Positions 38,852 to 50,539 of a stretch of DNA of 64,000 bases are shown here, one piece after another. How positions within the stretch are numbered: position 1 is the first letter of the stretch; each line of letters starts with the position of its first letter. Where the stretch lies: NCBI GenBank assembly GCA_963803435.1, contig CAWDML010000009.1:1344001-1408000 (forward strand). The letters run 5' to 3'. The translations under genes and the position numbers were made by a program. Source of the DNA: an uncultured delta proteobacterium (GTDB lineage Bacteria > Myxococcota > Kuafuiibacteriia > Kuafuiibacteriales > Kuafuiibacteriaceae). The notes beneath the pieces were generated by a model. It was not told the origin of the DNA. It saw only the letters and a list, made by a program, of their open reading frames with translations, and made no database searches.

Positions 38852-39055
38852 TCAAGAGGCGAGGTCAAAGAAGACGCTCTCGGAGTAGTACTGGGCGAAG
38901 AGCTGCCGGGCTTCGCGGCGTGCCCGCTCGCGCTCACGGTTTCGCTTGGGGCGCGGGACGGTTCGGCTTTCGAGGCGACGGACGGTGAGATGATCCTTCA
39001 CTTCGTCGAGCCAGGACTTCAGGACGATCTGCTTCTCTGGGCCGGTCTGCATCAT
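38852..39055 (-). CDS. Small hypothetical protein (67 aa)
   Basis: Plausible ORF with GGAGAA upstream, filling the gap between the OMP gene and the ldh promoter region. Confidence 0.5.
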   Translation of the reverse strand: MMQTGPEKQIVLKSWLDEVKDHLTVRRLESRTVPRPKRNRERERARREARQLFAQYYSESVFFDLAS

Positions 39056-39069
39056 GTTCGTTCTCCAAA

Positions 39070-39085
39070 AGCACCTCGCGTGCCA
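39070..39085 (-). promoter_or_regulatory. Putative sigma54 promoter TGGCACGCGAGGTGCT (GG-N10-GC)
   Basis: The minus strand reads TGGCACG-CGAG-GTGCT just upstream of the 67-aa ORF. Confidence 0.55.
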
Positions 39086-39245
39086 TCGAAGGGCAGGCCG
39101 CGCGCATTTAGCGCATCAAACTGGGATCATTGGGGTTTCGAACGTATCCGACCGGTCCGTCGGCCCGGACGGGCCGTAGCTCCGTTTATACGGCTGTGGT
39201 GAAAGGACGACGGTGGATCGTGAAAATGGATTATAAGGCGCCGCG

Positions 39246-40358
39246 ATGGACGTCTTCGCGGAGGTCGCGACCAAGCGACACGAGCAGATCACCTTCTGTT
39301 ACGACGAGGTCTCAGGCCTGAAGGCCATCATCGCGATTCACGATACCACCCTGGGACCGGCGCTCGGCGGTACACGCATGTGGCCGTACAAGTCCACGGA
39401 GGAGGCCGTCCGGGACGTGCTCCGCCTGGCCCGCGGCATGACCTTCAAGAGCGCCGCCGCCGGCCTGAACCTGGGCGGAGGCAAGGCCGTCATCGTCGGC
39501 GATCCCAAGAAGAACCGCACCGAGGCGTTGTTCCGGGCCTTCGGCCGCTTCGTCGAGGGCATGGGCGGCCGCTACATCACGGCCGAGGACGTGGGCACCA
39601 ACGTGCGCTGCATGGAGTGGGTGCGCATGGAGACCAACCACGTCACCGGCATCAGCCGCGCACTCGGAGGCTCGGGCGATCCGTCTCCGGTCACGGCGGT
39701 CGGCGTCTTCGCGGGCATGCGGGCCTGCGCCAAGGAGCGCTGGGGCAGGGACTCGCTCGACGGCAAGCACATCACCGTGCAGGGCGTGGGCGCGGTCGGC
39801 TACCATCTGGTGAAGCACGTGCTCCGCGCCGGCGCCCACGCCACCGTCTGCGACATCGACGAGGACAACCTCAAGCGGGTCAGCGGCGACTTCCCGGTGG
39901 AGGTCGTGGCGCCCGACAAGATCTTCGACGTCAAGGCCGACATCTTCTGCCCGTGCGCGCTCGGTGGGATCATCAACGACAACACGATCGAGCGGCTCGA
40001 CGTGGAGATCGTGGCAGGCTCGGCCAACAACGTCCTCGACGACGAGCGCAAGCACGGCCGCGCCCTGCTCGACCGCGGGGTCCTCTACGCCCCCGACTAC
40101 GTGATCAACGCGGGCGGGCTGATCAACGTCGCGAACGAGCTCGAGGGCTACAACCAGGAGCGCGCGCTCCGGCAGGCCGAAGGCATCTACGACATCATCC
40201 AGAGCGTCTTCGAGATCGCGCGCAAGGAAGACATCCCGACGAACAAGGCCGCCGACAACCTGGCGCTGCGGCGCATCGCGGAGATCGGCAAGATCCGAAG
40301 CTTCTACATCCCGTCGGGGCGCATGCGCCGGCCGGAGCAGCTCCGCGGCGTGAGCTGA
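39246..40358 (+). CDS. ldh: Leucine dehydrogenase (Glu/Leu/Phe/Val dehydrogenase family)
   Basis: IIAIHDTTLGPALGGTRM, MTFKSA, GGGKAVI, ITAEDVG, QGVGAVG and PDYVINAGG. Confidence 0.9.
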   Translation: MDVFAEVATKRHEQITFCYDEVSGLKAIIAIHDTTLGPALGGTRMWPYKSTEEAVRDVLRLARGMTFKSAAAGLNLGGGKAVIVGDPKKNRTEALFRAFGRFVEGMGGRYITAEDVGTNVRCMEWVRMETNHVTGISRALGGSGDPSPVTAVGVFAGMRACAKERWGRDSLDGKHITVQGVGAVGYHLVKHVLRAGAHATVCDIDEDNLKRVSGDFPVEVVAPDKIFDVKADIFCPCALGGIINDNTIERLDVEIVAGSANNVLDDERKHGRALLDRGVLYAPDYVINAGGLINVANELEGYNQERALRQAEGIYDIIQSVFEIARKEDIPTNKAADNLALRRIAEIGKIRSFYIPSGRMRRPEQLRGVS

Positions 40359-40369
40359 CCGTCCCGCCC

Positions 40370-41704
40370 TCAGCCGGCGTGCGTGCGGCCCGTACCGCGC
40401 TTGGTCACGCCGTCGGGTCGCTCGCCCGGCAATCGTCGCTCCTGGATGATCCGGCGGTAGTAGTCGCCACCTCCAGTGAGCGTCCGCTCGAGGGTCCCAT
40501 AGTCGACTCGGTAGAGGCCGAACCGCGGCTCGTAGCCCTCGAGCCACTCGAAGTTGTCGAGCAGCGACCAGTGCAGATAGCCGCGCAGATCGACGCCTCG
40601 ATCGATCGCGTCGAGCGCAGCGGACAGATGATCGTGGATGTACGCGGCGCGCCGTGAATCGGTCCGATCGTCGATCCCATTCTCCGTGATGAAGATGGGC
40701 ACCCGGTAGCGCGCCATGTCGACGAGCGCCTCGGTCAGGCCGCCCGGATGGATCTCCCATCCGAGGTCGGTGACGCCCCGGCCGTCCCGATCCTCGTAGA
40801 AGACCGAGAGCGCGTCCTTCCCGAAGCGCGCCAACAGCTCCACGTAGACGCGCGAGTAGAAGTTGACGCCGAGGAAGTCGAGCGTACCCGCGGCCTCGGG
40901 GACCTCGCTGACGTAGCGAACGCCCGGGAGCAGGCCGAGCTGGACCACGCCGTCGATCAGCGCCTTCACGAACACGTGGTTGAAGTGATGGCGCACGTAG
41001 CTCGTCGTGATCCGATCGAGCGGATGCGCCGCGCGCGACGGTGAGAAGTGCATGTAGTGCTTCGCGAGCCCCACCTGCGCGTCCGGGTTCGCGCGCTTGA
41101 TGGCAGCGTGCGCGCGAGCGTGGCCGCGGATCAGCCCGGTGGCGGCCGCCGCCAGCTCGCCGAGTCGCGCCCGCCCGGGAGGGATCACGCCCTTGAAGTA
41201 AGCCCCGGACAGCCAGACGCTCGGCTCGTTGATCACCGTGTAGTAGCGGACGCGGGCCCCCAGCGCCGCGGTCACCCGCTCGGCGAAACGGCCGAAGCGC
41301 TCGGGCGCCTCGCCGTCGGGCTGGTGCCACGGGCAAGTCGTGTGGAACCAGGGCGGGTGCGTGAAGTGGAGGAGCGTGACGAACGGCTCGATGCGGTGCG
41401 CGACCAGCCGCTCGGTGATCTCGACGTAGCGTGCGATCGCGGCCTCGTCGAACTCGCCCGGGCGTGGCTCGACCCGGGCCCACTCGACGCTGAACCGGTA
41501 GGCCTGCGCGCCCAGCCGCGCCAGCAGATCGACGTCCTCACGCCATCGGTTCCAGTGATCGGTGGCGCGCCCGCAGCGCGTGCCGGGATCCTTCAGACGA
41601 CCGGCCCGCTCCCAGGCGGACCAGTCGTTCTCGATGTCACCCTCGATCTGGTACGCGCTGGTGGCGCAACCGAAGAGGAAGTGGGGAGGGAAGGGCCGCG
41701 TCAT
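40370..41704 (-). CDS. Glycoside hydrolase family 1 (beta-glucosidase)
   Basis: FLFGCATSAYQIEG, TVINEP (acid/base), ITENG (nucleophile) and WSLLDNFEW. Confidence 0.92.
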   Translation of the reverse strand: MTRPFPPHFLFGCATSAYQIEGDIENDWSAWERAGRLKDPGTRCGRATDHWNRWREDVDLLARLGAQAYRFSVEWARVEPRPGEFDEAAIARYVEITERLVAHRIEPFVTLLHFTHPPWFHTTCPWHQPDGEAPERFGRFAERVTAALGARVRYYTVINEPSVWLSGAYFKGVIPPGRARLGELAAAATGLIRGHARAHAAIKRANPDAQVGLAKHYMHFSPSRAAHPLDRITTSYVRHHFNHVFVKALIDGVVQLGLLPGVRYVSEVPEAAGTLDFLGVNFYSRVYVELLARFGKDALSVFYEDRDGRGVTDLGWEIHPGGLTEALVDMARYRVPIFITENGIDDRTDSRRAAYIHDHLSAALDAIDRGVDLRGYLHWSLLDNFEWLEGYEPRFGLYRVDYGTLERTLTGGGDYYRRIIQERRLPGERPDGVTKRGTGRTHAG

Positions 41705-41717
41705 GCCCGCGAGCCGC

Positions 41718-44118
<2,401 letters not shown>

Positions 44119-44206
44119 TTATTCGTCTCCTCTGTTCGATCTCAACAGACCGATCCACGTGCCCCTTCCAGGCACATCGCACGAGCCTAGCACCTTTGAG
44201 GGACGA

Positions 44207-44341
44207 CTAGGATTCAGAGCCGAAAAGTTCCTTGGAGCTCTTCGTCGTTCCCTGCTTTTCGAGCTGCTTCTTTCGCTTCTTGCCGCTCTTGCGCTTGTGC
44301 GCGCCGCGCCGCGTTTCGGTGGCCTTCGAGTTGGAGGACAT
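44207..44341 (-). CDS. Small highly basic protein (44 aa)
   Basis: MSSNSKATETRRGAHKRKSGKKRKKQLEKQGTTKSSKELFGSES; same strand as lon and upstream of it. Confidence 0.55.
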   Translation of the reverse strand: MSSNSKATETRRGAHKRKSGKKRKKQLEKQGTTKSSKELFGSES

Positions 44342-44519
44342 GACTGTGGCGCGGCCTATATCGAGGCACTGCCGAACGGTCAACCTCGGGGCGAGGGTGG
44401 CGCAAAAGCCCTGAGGCGTAGGCGCGCGGCCCCGGTGCTGGGTGGGTCCAAGACTCCTACGACATTCGCTCCCTTGTGGCCTTTTCCGGATCTCCGAAAA
44501 GATGGCTGTCGGACCGCCC

Positions 44520-47426
44520 ATGAACCTCCCACGATTTGCCCCTCTACTCCTCCTCCTCGCGGTCGGCATCGCCTGCAGCGAAGCTCCGAGCGCCGTCCGA
44601 GACACGGGGGCCCCCCCCGGCGATCCCGACGCCGGCACGACGGACAACCCAGACACCGGACCGCACATCAACAGCGATCAGGACATGGACGGGATCGACG
44701 ACGACTGGGAGCGCGCGCACGGACTCGATCCGACGCGCGACGACTCGAATGAAGATCTCGACGGTGACGGTCTCACCAACGGCATCGAGTTCGTGGGCGG
44801 GACGCTGCCGAACGACATCGACAGCGACGACGACGGCCTCGCCGACGGCGTCGAGGACGCGAACCACAACGGTGTCGTCGACCCGCGCGAGACGAGCCCC
44901 ACGAACGCGGACACCGACGGGGACGGCCTCACCGACGGTCAGGAGGCCGGCGTCACAGAGCCGCTGACGAGCCCTCGTCCCGGCATTCAGGGCACGGATC
45001 CGGCGGTGTTCGTGCCCGACGCAAACCCGGCGACGCGCACCGATCCCACGAACCCCGACACCGACGGAGACGGGATCCCCGACGGCATCGAGGACGCGAA
45101 TCACGACGGCGCGTTCTCGCCGAACGAGACGAACCCGCTGGATCTCGACACGGACGATGACGGCCTGGTGGACGGCGCAGAGGATGCGAATCACGACGGC
45201 GTTGTGAACGGTGGAGAGACGGATCCGCGAGACTTTGACACCGATCACGACGGCATCTGGGACGGCATCGAGCTGGGCGTCACCACGCCCGTCGCGGACC
45301 CCGACGGCAACGGCCCGCTGCTCGGCACCAACACGGCGGTCTGGCGACCGGACGCCGATCCCACCACGAAGACCGATCCCACGAACCCCGATACGGACGG
45401 CGACGGCGTGCTCGACGGCGACGAGGACTGGAACCACAACGGCCTGTACGAGCCTCCGGGTGAGCTCAATCCGCTGGTCGCGGACAGCGACGGAGACGGC
45501 ATTCCCGACGGCGAGGAGGGGATCGCGGTGGTGTGCGCGGCGAGCGCGCTCCGCAAGGTGACGCTGCATCAGCTCGCGGGCCCAGACATCGCGGTGGCGC
45601 TGCCGGAGAGCTACTCGGAGGTCTCGGTGCTCCGCGACGCGAGCGGCCATTCCGTCGGGCTGATGTTCGCCGATGCCTCGAGCGGCGTCGTGGGCTTCGC
45701 CGTCTCGAAGACACCGACCGGCGCCGACGTGCAGGCGGAGAAGCAGGACAACCGCAACAAGCTGGCGATGGCGGTGAACCTCAGCAACGAGCAGGATCGA
45801 GCGCTCTACACCTGGGATCGGTTCAATGCGGTGTTCACCACGGCGAACGCGTCGCGCGCCAACGTCGACGGCGTGACCTTGGCGACGGACATGGCCACGC
45901 GCGTCGCCGGCGTCGGTGCGCTCTCGGGCGCGCTCCCGGCGGGGGGCACGCAGCCGGGCAACTTCGCGGTGTACTTCGAGACGATCCTGCGGACAGCGCA
46001 GCGCGCGATCGTCCTGGGCGCCCTGGCACCGGCGCCGGCCAGCGACGACCAGTTGATCGCGCTGTCCGATCTCGCCAACGGGACCGGCATCGCGCAGTTC
46101 GGCGACTTCACCGGCGTCGGTTGCGACGCCTTCACCACGCCGGAGGGCAACGACATCGTCGACCTGCTGTGGGTCGTCGACAACTCGTGCTCGATGGCGG
46201 AGGAGCAGGCGAACGTGGCGGCTGTCGGGCAGGAGATGGTGGCGCTGTTGACCAACACCCAGCTCTCCTGGCGTCTGGCGCTGACCACCACGGATCAGCT
46301 CGACGGCTCGATCACCGCCCGAGGAGTCAATGGGTTCACCGTCTCGACGCCGCGGGCCACCGCGGAGACGGAGTCGCAGGCGTGGGCGACCGCGGTCGGT
46401 GCGCTCGGGACCGGCGGCAGCGGCGAGGAGCACGGCCTCCTGGTGGGCCTGACCGCGGCGCAGGCGGCGCTCACCGGGATCGGCCCCAACGAGACGCGCA
46501 CCACCTTCCGCGAGGGCGCCAACGTCATCGTGGTCCACATGTCGGACGAGGAGGAGTTCGCCGTGAAGCAGGCGGCGGGCGGCAATGATCAGAGCTGTCC
46601 GGAGAACGCCGGCAAGCAGACCGAGATCGACTCGCTGATCGCGCAGTACCTGGCGCTGACCCAGGCGCCCGGGATCGCCGGCCTGACCACGTTCGCCATC
46701 CACGGGATCCAGCCCAACAACACCGGGGCCGACTACTGCGACTTCGCCGCGGGGTCGGGCGACTGCTTCGGCGCTGCGCAGCATGGGCGCTCCTACATCG
46801 ACGTGGCGAACGCGATGGGCGGCGGCTCGGGGTCGATCTGCGGGGACATGGGCCAGGTGGTGCAGGACATCATCCGCGCCGGCGCCGGGATCGCGTCCCA
46901 GATCGAGCTGACCCAGCCTCCGATCAGCTCGACGATCCGGGTCGTGGTGGCGGACGAGAACCAGAGCTTCGTCGGGCAGCCGGACGTGCCCCGCAACCTC
47001 CACAACGGGTTCGACTACGCGTTCGAGCTGGACGTGGCGAACAGCGTGGTCAAGCACAAGATCGTGTTCTACGGGACCGCACGGCCCCCTCCGAACCGAG
47101 AGCTCATGATCAGCTATCGGACCTGGCAGGACGGCTCGCCCCAGCCCGGCGGCCCCCTCTGCGAGTGCCCGGACGGCCAGATCTGCAACGGCGACGACAA
47201 CGAGTGCGAGGTGGATCCGGAGTGCGGCGGCGGCTGCCCCGAGGACATGGTGTGCAACCCGAACGTCGGCATGTGCCAGCCACCGGATCCCTGCATGAAC
47301 ATGTGCGGGCCGGGGATGCAGTGCCTCGACGGGATATGTGTGGAGACCGACCCATGCGACGGCCTGTGCGCTCCCGGGCAGATCTGCGACCCCAGCACGG
47401 ATCCACCGCGCTGCATCGACCTCTGA
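44520..47426 (+). CDS. cglD: CglD-like gliding-motility lipoprotein: Ca-binding DxDxDG (TSP3-like) repeats, VWA/MIDAS domain, Cys-rich tail
   Basis: Lipobox GIAC, repeated DTDGDG..DG.EDANH motifs, WVVDNSCSM (MIDAS DxSxS) and a Cys-rich C-terminus. An alternative start lies at 44502. Confidence 0.68.
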   Translation: MNLPRFAPLLLLLAVGIACSEAPSAVRDTGAPPGDPDAGTTDNPDTGPHINSDQDMDGIDDDWERAHGLDPTRDDSNEDLDGDGLTNGIEFVGGTLPNDIDSDDDGLADGVEDANHNGVVDPRETSPTNADTDGDGLTDGQEAGVTEPLTSPRPGIQGTDPAVFVPDANPATRTDPTNPDTDGDGIPDGIEDANHDGAFSPNETNPLDLDTDDDGLVDGAEDANHDGVVNGGETDPRDFDTDHDGIWDGIELGVTTPVADPDGNGPLLGTNTAVWRPDADPTTKTDPTNPDTDGDGVLDGDEDWNHNGLYEPPGELNPLVADSDGDGIPDGEEGIAVVCAASALRKVTLHQLAGPDIAVALPESYSEVSVLRDASGHSVGLMFADASSGVVGFAVSKTPTGADVQAEKQDNRNKLAMAVNLSNEQDRALYTWDRFNAVFTTANASRANVDGVTLATDMATRVAGVGALSGALPAGGTQPGNFAVYFETILRTAQRAIVLGALAPAPASDDQLIALSDLANGTGIAQFGDFTGVGCDAFTTPEGNDIVDLLWVVDNSCSMAEEQANVAAVGQEMVALLTNTQLSWRLALTTTDQLDGSITARGVNGFTVSTPRATAETESQAWATAVGALGTGGSGEEHGLLVGLTAAQAALTGIGPNETRTTFREGANVIVVHMSDEEEFAVKQAAGGNDQSCPENAGKQTEIDSLIAQYLALTQAPGIAGLTTFAIHGIQPNNTGADYCDFAAGSGDCFGAAQHGRSYIDVANAMGGGSGSICGDMGQVVQDIIRAGAGIASQIELTQPPISSTIRVVVADENQSFVGQPDVPRNLHNGFDYAFELDVANSVVKHKIVFYGTARPPPNRELMISYRTWQDGSPQPGGPLCECPDGQICNGDDNECEVDPECGGGCPEDMVCNPNVGMCQPPDPCMNMCGPGMQCLDGICVETDPCDGLCAPGQICDPSTDPPRCIDL

Positions 47427-47511
47427 CCGCGCACCGCGTTCGTACGCTTTACTCCACCGCGTCTGCCCCCTAGACTCGCGCAGAGTCACCGGTTTTTGGG
47501 TCTAGAGGGGC

Positions 47512-50340
47512 GTGTCGAAGTATCCCATCCCCTTCGGTCGTCATCTCCTCCTGGAGCGGATCAACGTCGGGGGGATGGCCGAGGTGTTCAAGGCGAAGTC
47601 GTTCGGTGTCGCCGGATTCGAGCGCATCGTCGCCGTCAAGCGCATCCTTCCGACGCTCGCCGAAGACGAAGAGTTCATCACCATGTTCATCGACGAGGCG
47701 CGCATCGCTGCGCACCTCACCCACCAGAACATCGTGCAGATCTACGAGCTGGGGGCCTGCGACAACAACTACTTCATCTCGATGGAGTACGTGGCCGGGC
47801 GCGACCTCCGCCAGATCCTCGACCTGCAGAAAAAGCTGAAGCGGCCCATGGAGACCGCCAAGGCTTGTTTCGTCATCTCGCAGGTCTGCGAGGCGCTCGA
47901 ATATGCGCACAAGAAGAAGGACCCCGCGGGCAAGGACCTGAAGATCATCCACCGGGACGTCACGCCGCAGAACGTGATCATTTCCTACGAAGGTGAGGTG
48001 AAGCTCTGCGATTTCGGGATCGCCAAGGCCGCGAGCCGCGCCTCGCGAACACAGGTGGGCGTGCTCAAGGGCAAGTTCGCCTACATGTCGCCGGAGCAGG
48101 TGCGGGGGCAGCCGACAGATCGGCGCAGCGATCTCTTCGCGCTCGGGGTGATCTTTTTCGAGATGCTGACCGGCGAGCGCCTGTTCCTCGGCGAGAGTGA
48201 TTACTCGACGTTGGAGGCGGTTCGCAACGCGAGGGTCCCGCAGCCCCGAAAGTTCAACCCCAACCTCTCGAAGGAGCTCGAGGCGGTGGTGCTCAAGCTC
48301 CTCGCGCGCGATCCCAAGGACCGCTACCAGTGGGCGTCCGAGGTCCACGAGGATCTGCAGGATCACCTGATCCACGAAGGCCGCGTCTTCCATGCGCGCC
48401 ACCTCCGGGTCTCGATGCAGGAGACCTACGCCCGCGACATCGAGGTCGAGAACGCCAAGCTCGAGGACTTCATGAGGCTCGGCCTCCCCGATCGGCCCGC
48501 GGACGAGGAGGAGGACGAGGAGGAGCAGTCGCTCTTGGGCCTGGAGGAGGACAAGAGCGGCGTCCTGCCCCAGGACCCGGCCAACTACAGCCGGACCTAC
48601 GCGCCGATCGACGAGTCGGCGGCGGCGGACGACACCGACAACATCGAGCTGCCGGTGCCCCGCGGCAAGGACAGCATTCCCACGCGGCCGATCGACTACG
48701 AGTCGGCCGAGACCCGGCGCGCGCTCGAGGGTGGGCCCGTCCCGTCGGTGGCGTCCGCGAGCCCCGTCTCGAACCTGTTCGGCCCGCCCGAGCTCTCCGA
48801 CGAGCCCAAGTCCGATCCGGCGGCGCTCCACCCGCAGCCGGTCGTGATCGTACCGCCCGACGAGACGAGCCTCGACACTGCGGCGCGCGACGACTTCGCC
48901 GAGGAGACGCCGATGGAGGCGGCGGAGCGCACGCTCTTCGACATGAAGCCGATGAGCGAGCTCGGCGAGACCGAGAACGAGACGCTCTTCGACGATCGAG
49001 ACGACACCGTGGGCGGTGACTCGAACCCGGACCTCGCCGACGAGATCGAGGAGGCGCAGGCCGCGCTGATGGCGCGACTCGATCGGGTCGCGCAGCTTGG
49101 GAGCGACGAGGAGAACGATACGATCGACGCGACCGGGACTTCGGAGGAGGTCTTCGCTCCGAGCGTGTCGGATCCGTCCGAGCCGAGCTCGCTGCCTGGT
49201 CTGACCGACGACAACATGGACGACGAGACCTCCATCTCGTCGATGGTGCTCGAGGGCGACGAAGAGGCCTTCGCTCCCACGATGGTGAACGCCGACAGCG
49301 GCGGCTTCGACGTCGATGAAGGTACGGTGGAGGAATCGCCGGTCGAGATGGTGGGACGGGGCCGAGCGCGCCCGACGTCACCCATCCACGAGGAGTCGGA
49401 GACCGCCGCGCCGGTGCAAGCCTCGAAGAAGCCGCGCCGCATCCGCGAGGTGGCCGACGGCTCGCCGCCCAAGCTGCAGCCCCAGCCGTACCCCTACGCG
49501 GCCCGCACGATGGAGCCGTCCGCCTCGGCCGCGGCGATGCAGCCGGTGGTGGTGGCCGAGCCCAGCGGCCTGGCCAGGGCAGCCCGCGATCCGGTAGTGC
49601 TGATGCTGATCGCGGCGGCGGTCGGCTTGCTCTCGGTGAGCGTCCTCGCCTTCACGCTGCTCCAGAGCGGCAACGACGACACGACCGCCTCGCTCCAGAT
49701 CCTGACCGAGCCGACGCGAACCGTGGAGGTGCGGCTCGACGGCAAGCTGGTCGGCAACGAGACTCCGGTCGACATTCCGGGGATCGAGCTCGGCGTGCAC
49801 ATAGTCGAGCTCTCCGCGCCCGGGTTTCGAACCTATACGCAGAGAATCCAGATCACGCAGGCGAAGCCGCACACGATGGTGGTGCCGCTCGAGGCCTTCG
49901 TCCGGCAGGAGGGGTCGAAGACGCGCTCGCCGGACGATCCTCGGCCCGAGGTCACGGCCGTGAGGGATCCGAGTCCCACCGCCGATCCGCCGCCGCCTTC
50001 GCCCCCGCCCCCGCCGCCGCCGGAGCGCGCCGGTCCGTCCTCGCCACCCCCGCCGCCGCGCGAGCCTCCACCACCGTCCCGCCACCATACGGCGCCGCGC
50101 GACCACACGGCGCCGCCCAAGCCGTCGGAGGGGTTCCTGATGGTATCGACCCGGCCGCCCGGCCTCTCGGTCAGCATCGACGGCAAGTCGACGGGCATGC
50201 GGACGCCGATCCGTCACCCGCATCCGCTCTCGCCCGGGAAGCACAGCATCACCTTCCTGATGGACGACGGACGCAAGTACGACTTCGACGTGAAGATCGC
50301 GGCGGGCCAGACGACCAAGATGGTCAAAGCGTTGAGGTGA
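47512..50340 (+). CDS. Transmembrane Ser/Thr kinase with acidic linker and two PEGA domains
   Basis: GGMAEVF, HRDVTPQN, DFG, KGKFAYMSPE; TM helix; VRLDGKLVG and VSIDGKSTG PEGA motifs. Confidence 0.9.
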   Translation: MSKYPIPFGRHLLLERINVGGMAEVFKAKSFGVAGFERIVAVKRILPTLAEDEEFITMFIDEARIAAHLTHQNIVQIYELGACDNNYFISMEYVAGRDLRQILDLQKKLKRPMETAKACFVISQVCEALEYAHKKKDPAGKDLKIIHRDVTPQNVIISYEGEVKLCDFGIAKAASRASRTQVGVLKGKFAYMSPEQVRGQPTDRRSDLFALGVIFFEMLTGERLFLGESDYSTLEAVRNARVPQPRKFNPNLSKELEAVVLKLLARDPKDRYQWASEVHEDLQDHLIHEGRVFHARHLRVSMQETYARDIEVENAKLEDFMRLGLPDRPADEEEDEEEQSLLGLEEDKSGVLPQDPANYSRTYAPIDESAAADDTDNIELPVPRGKDSIPTRPIDYESAETRRALEGGPVPSVASASPVSNLFGPPELSDEPKSDPAALHPQPVVIVPPDETSLDTAARDDFAEETPMEAAERTLFDMKPMSELGETENETLFDDRDDTVGGDSNPDLADEIEEAQAALMARLDRVAQLGSDEENDTIDATGTSEEVFAPSVSDPSEPSSLPGLTDDNMDDETSISSMVLEGDEEAFAPTMVNADSGGFDVDEGTVEESPVEMVGRGRARPTSPIHEESETAAPVQASKKPRRIREVADGSPPKLQPQPYPYAARTMEPSASAAAMQPVVVAEPSGLARAARDPVVLMLIAAAVGLLSVSVLAFTLLQSGNDDTTASLQILTEPTRTVEVRLDGKLVGNETPVDIPGIELGVHIVELSAPGFRTYTQRIQITQAKPHTMVVPLEAFVRQEGSKTRSPDDPRPEVTAVRDPSPTADPPPPSPPPPPPPERAGPSSPPPPPREPPPPSRHHTAPRDHTAPPKPSEGFLMVSTRPPGLSVSIDGKSTGMRTPIRHPHPLSPGKHSITFLMDDGRKYDFDVKIAAGQTTKMVKALR

Positions 50341-50344
50341 AGAG

Positions 50345-50536
50345 ATGGGCACCAAGAAGCCGGCACGCAAGAAGGGATGGGACGAGTTCGAGTGTCCCGA
50401 GTGCACCGCGCACAATCCTTGGGACGATGGCTTCGAGGTGGGCGACGAGCTGTTCTGCAGCTGGTGCGGAGCCGTCCTCCACGTGAAGCGATGGCCCGAC
50501 GATCCCGACCGCTTCAAGATCGTGGTCGATCGATGA
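50345..50536 (+). CDS. Small zinc-ribbon protein (63 aa)
   Basis: FECPECTAHNP...LFCSWCG; starts 4 nt after the kinase stop, with SD GAGG. Confidence 0.7.
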   Translation: MGTKKPARKKGWDEFECPECTAHNPWDDGFEVGDELFCSWCGAVLHVKRWPDDPDRFKIVVDR

Positions 50537-50539
50537 CCG

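Noticed and set aside
44342-44501. tRNA or riboswitch in the intergenic region
   Set aside because: Only short hairpins are present; I recognised no cloverleaf, T-loop or aptamer consensus.
44680-45515. DNA-level repeats as a mobile element or array
   Set aside because: They are the coding DxDxDG calcium-binding repeats of the CglD-like protein.
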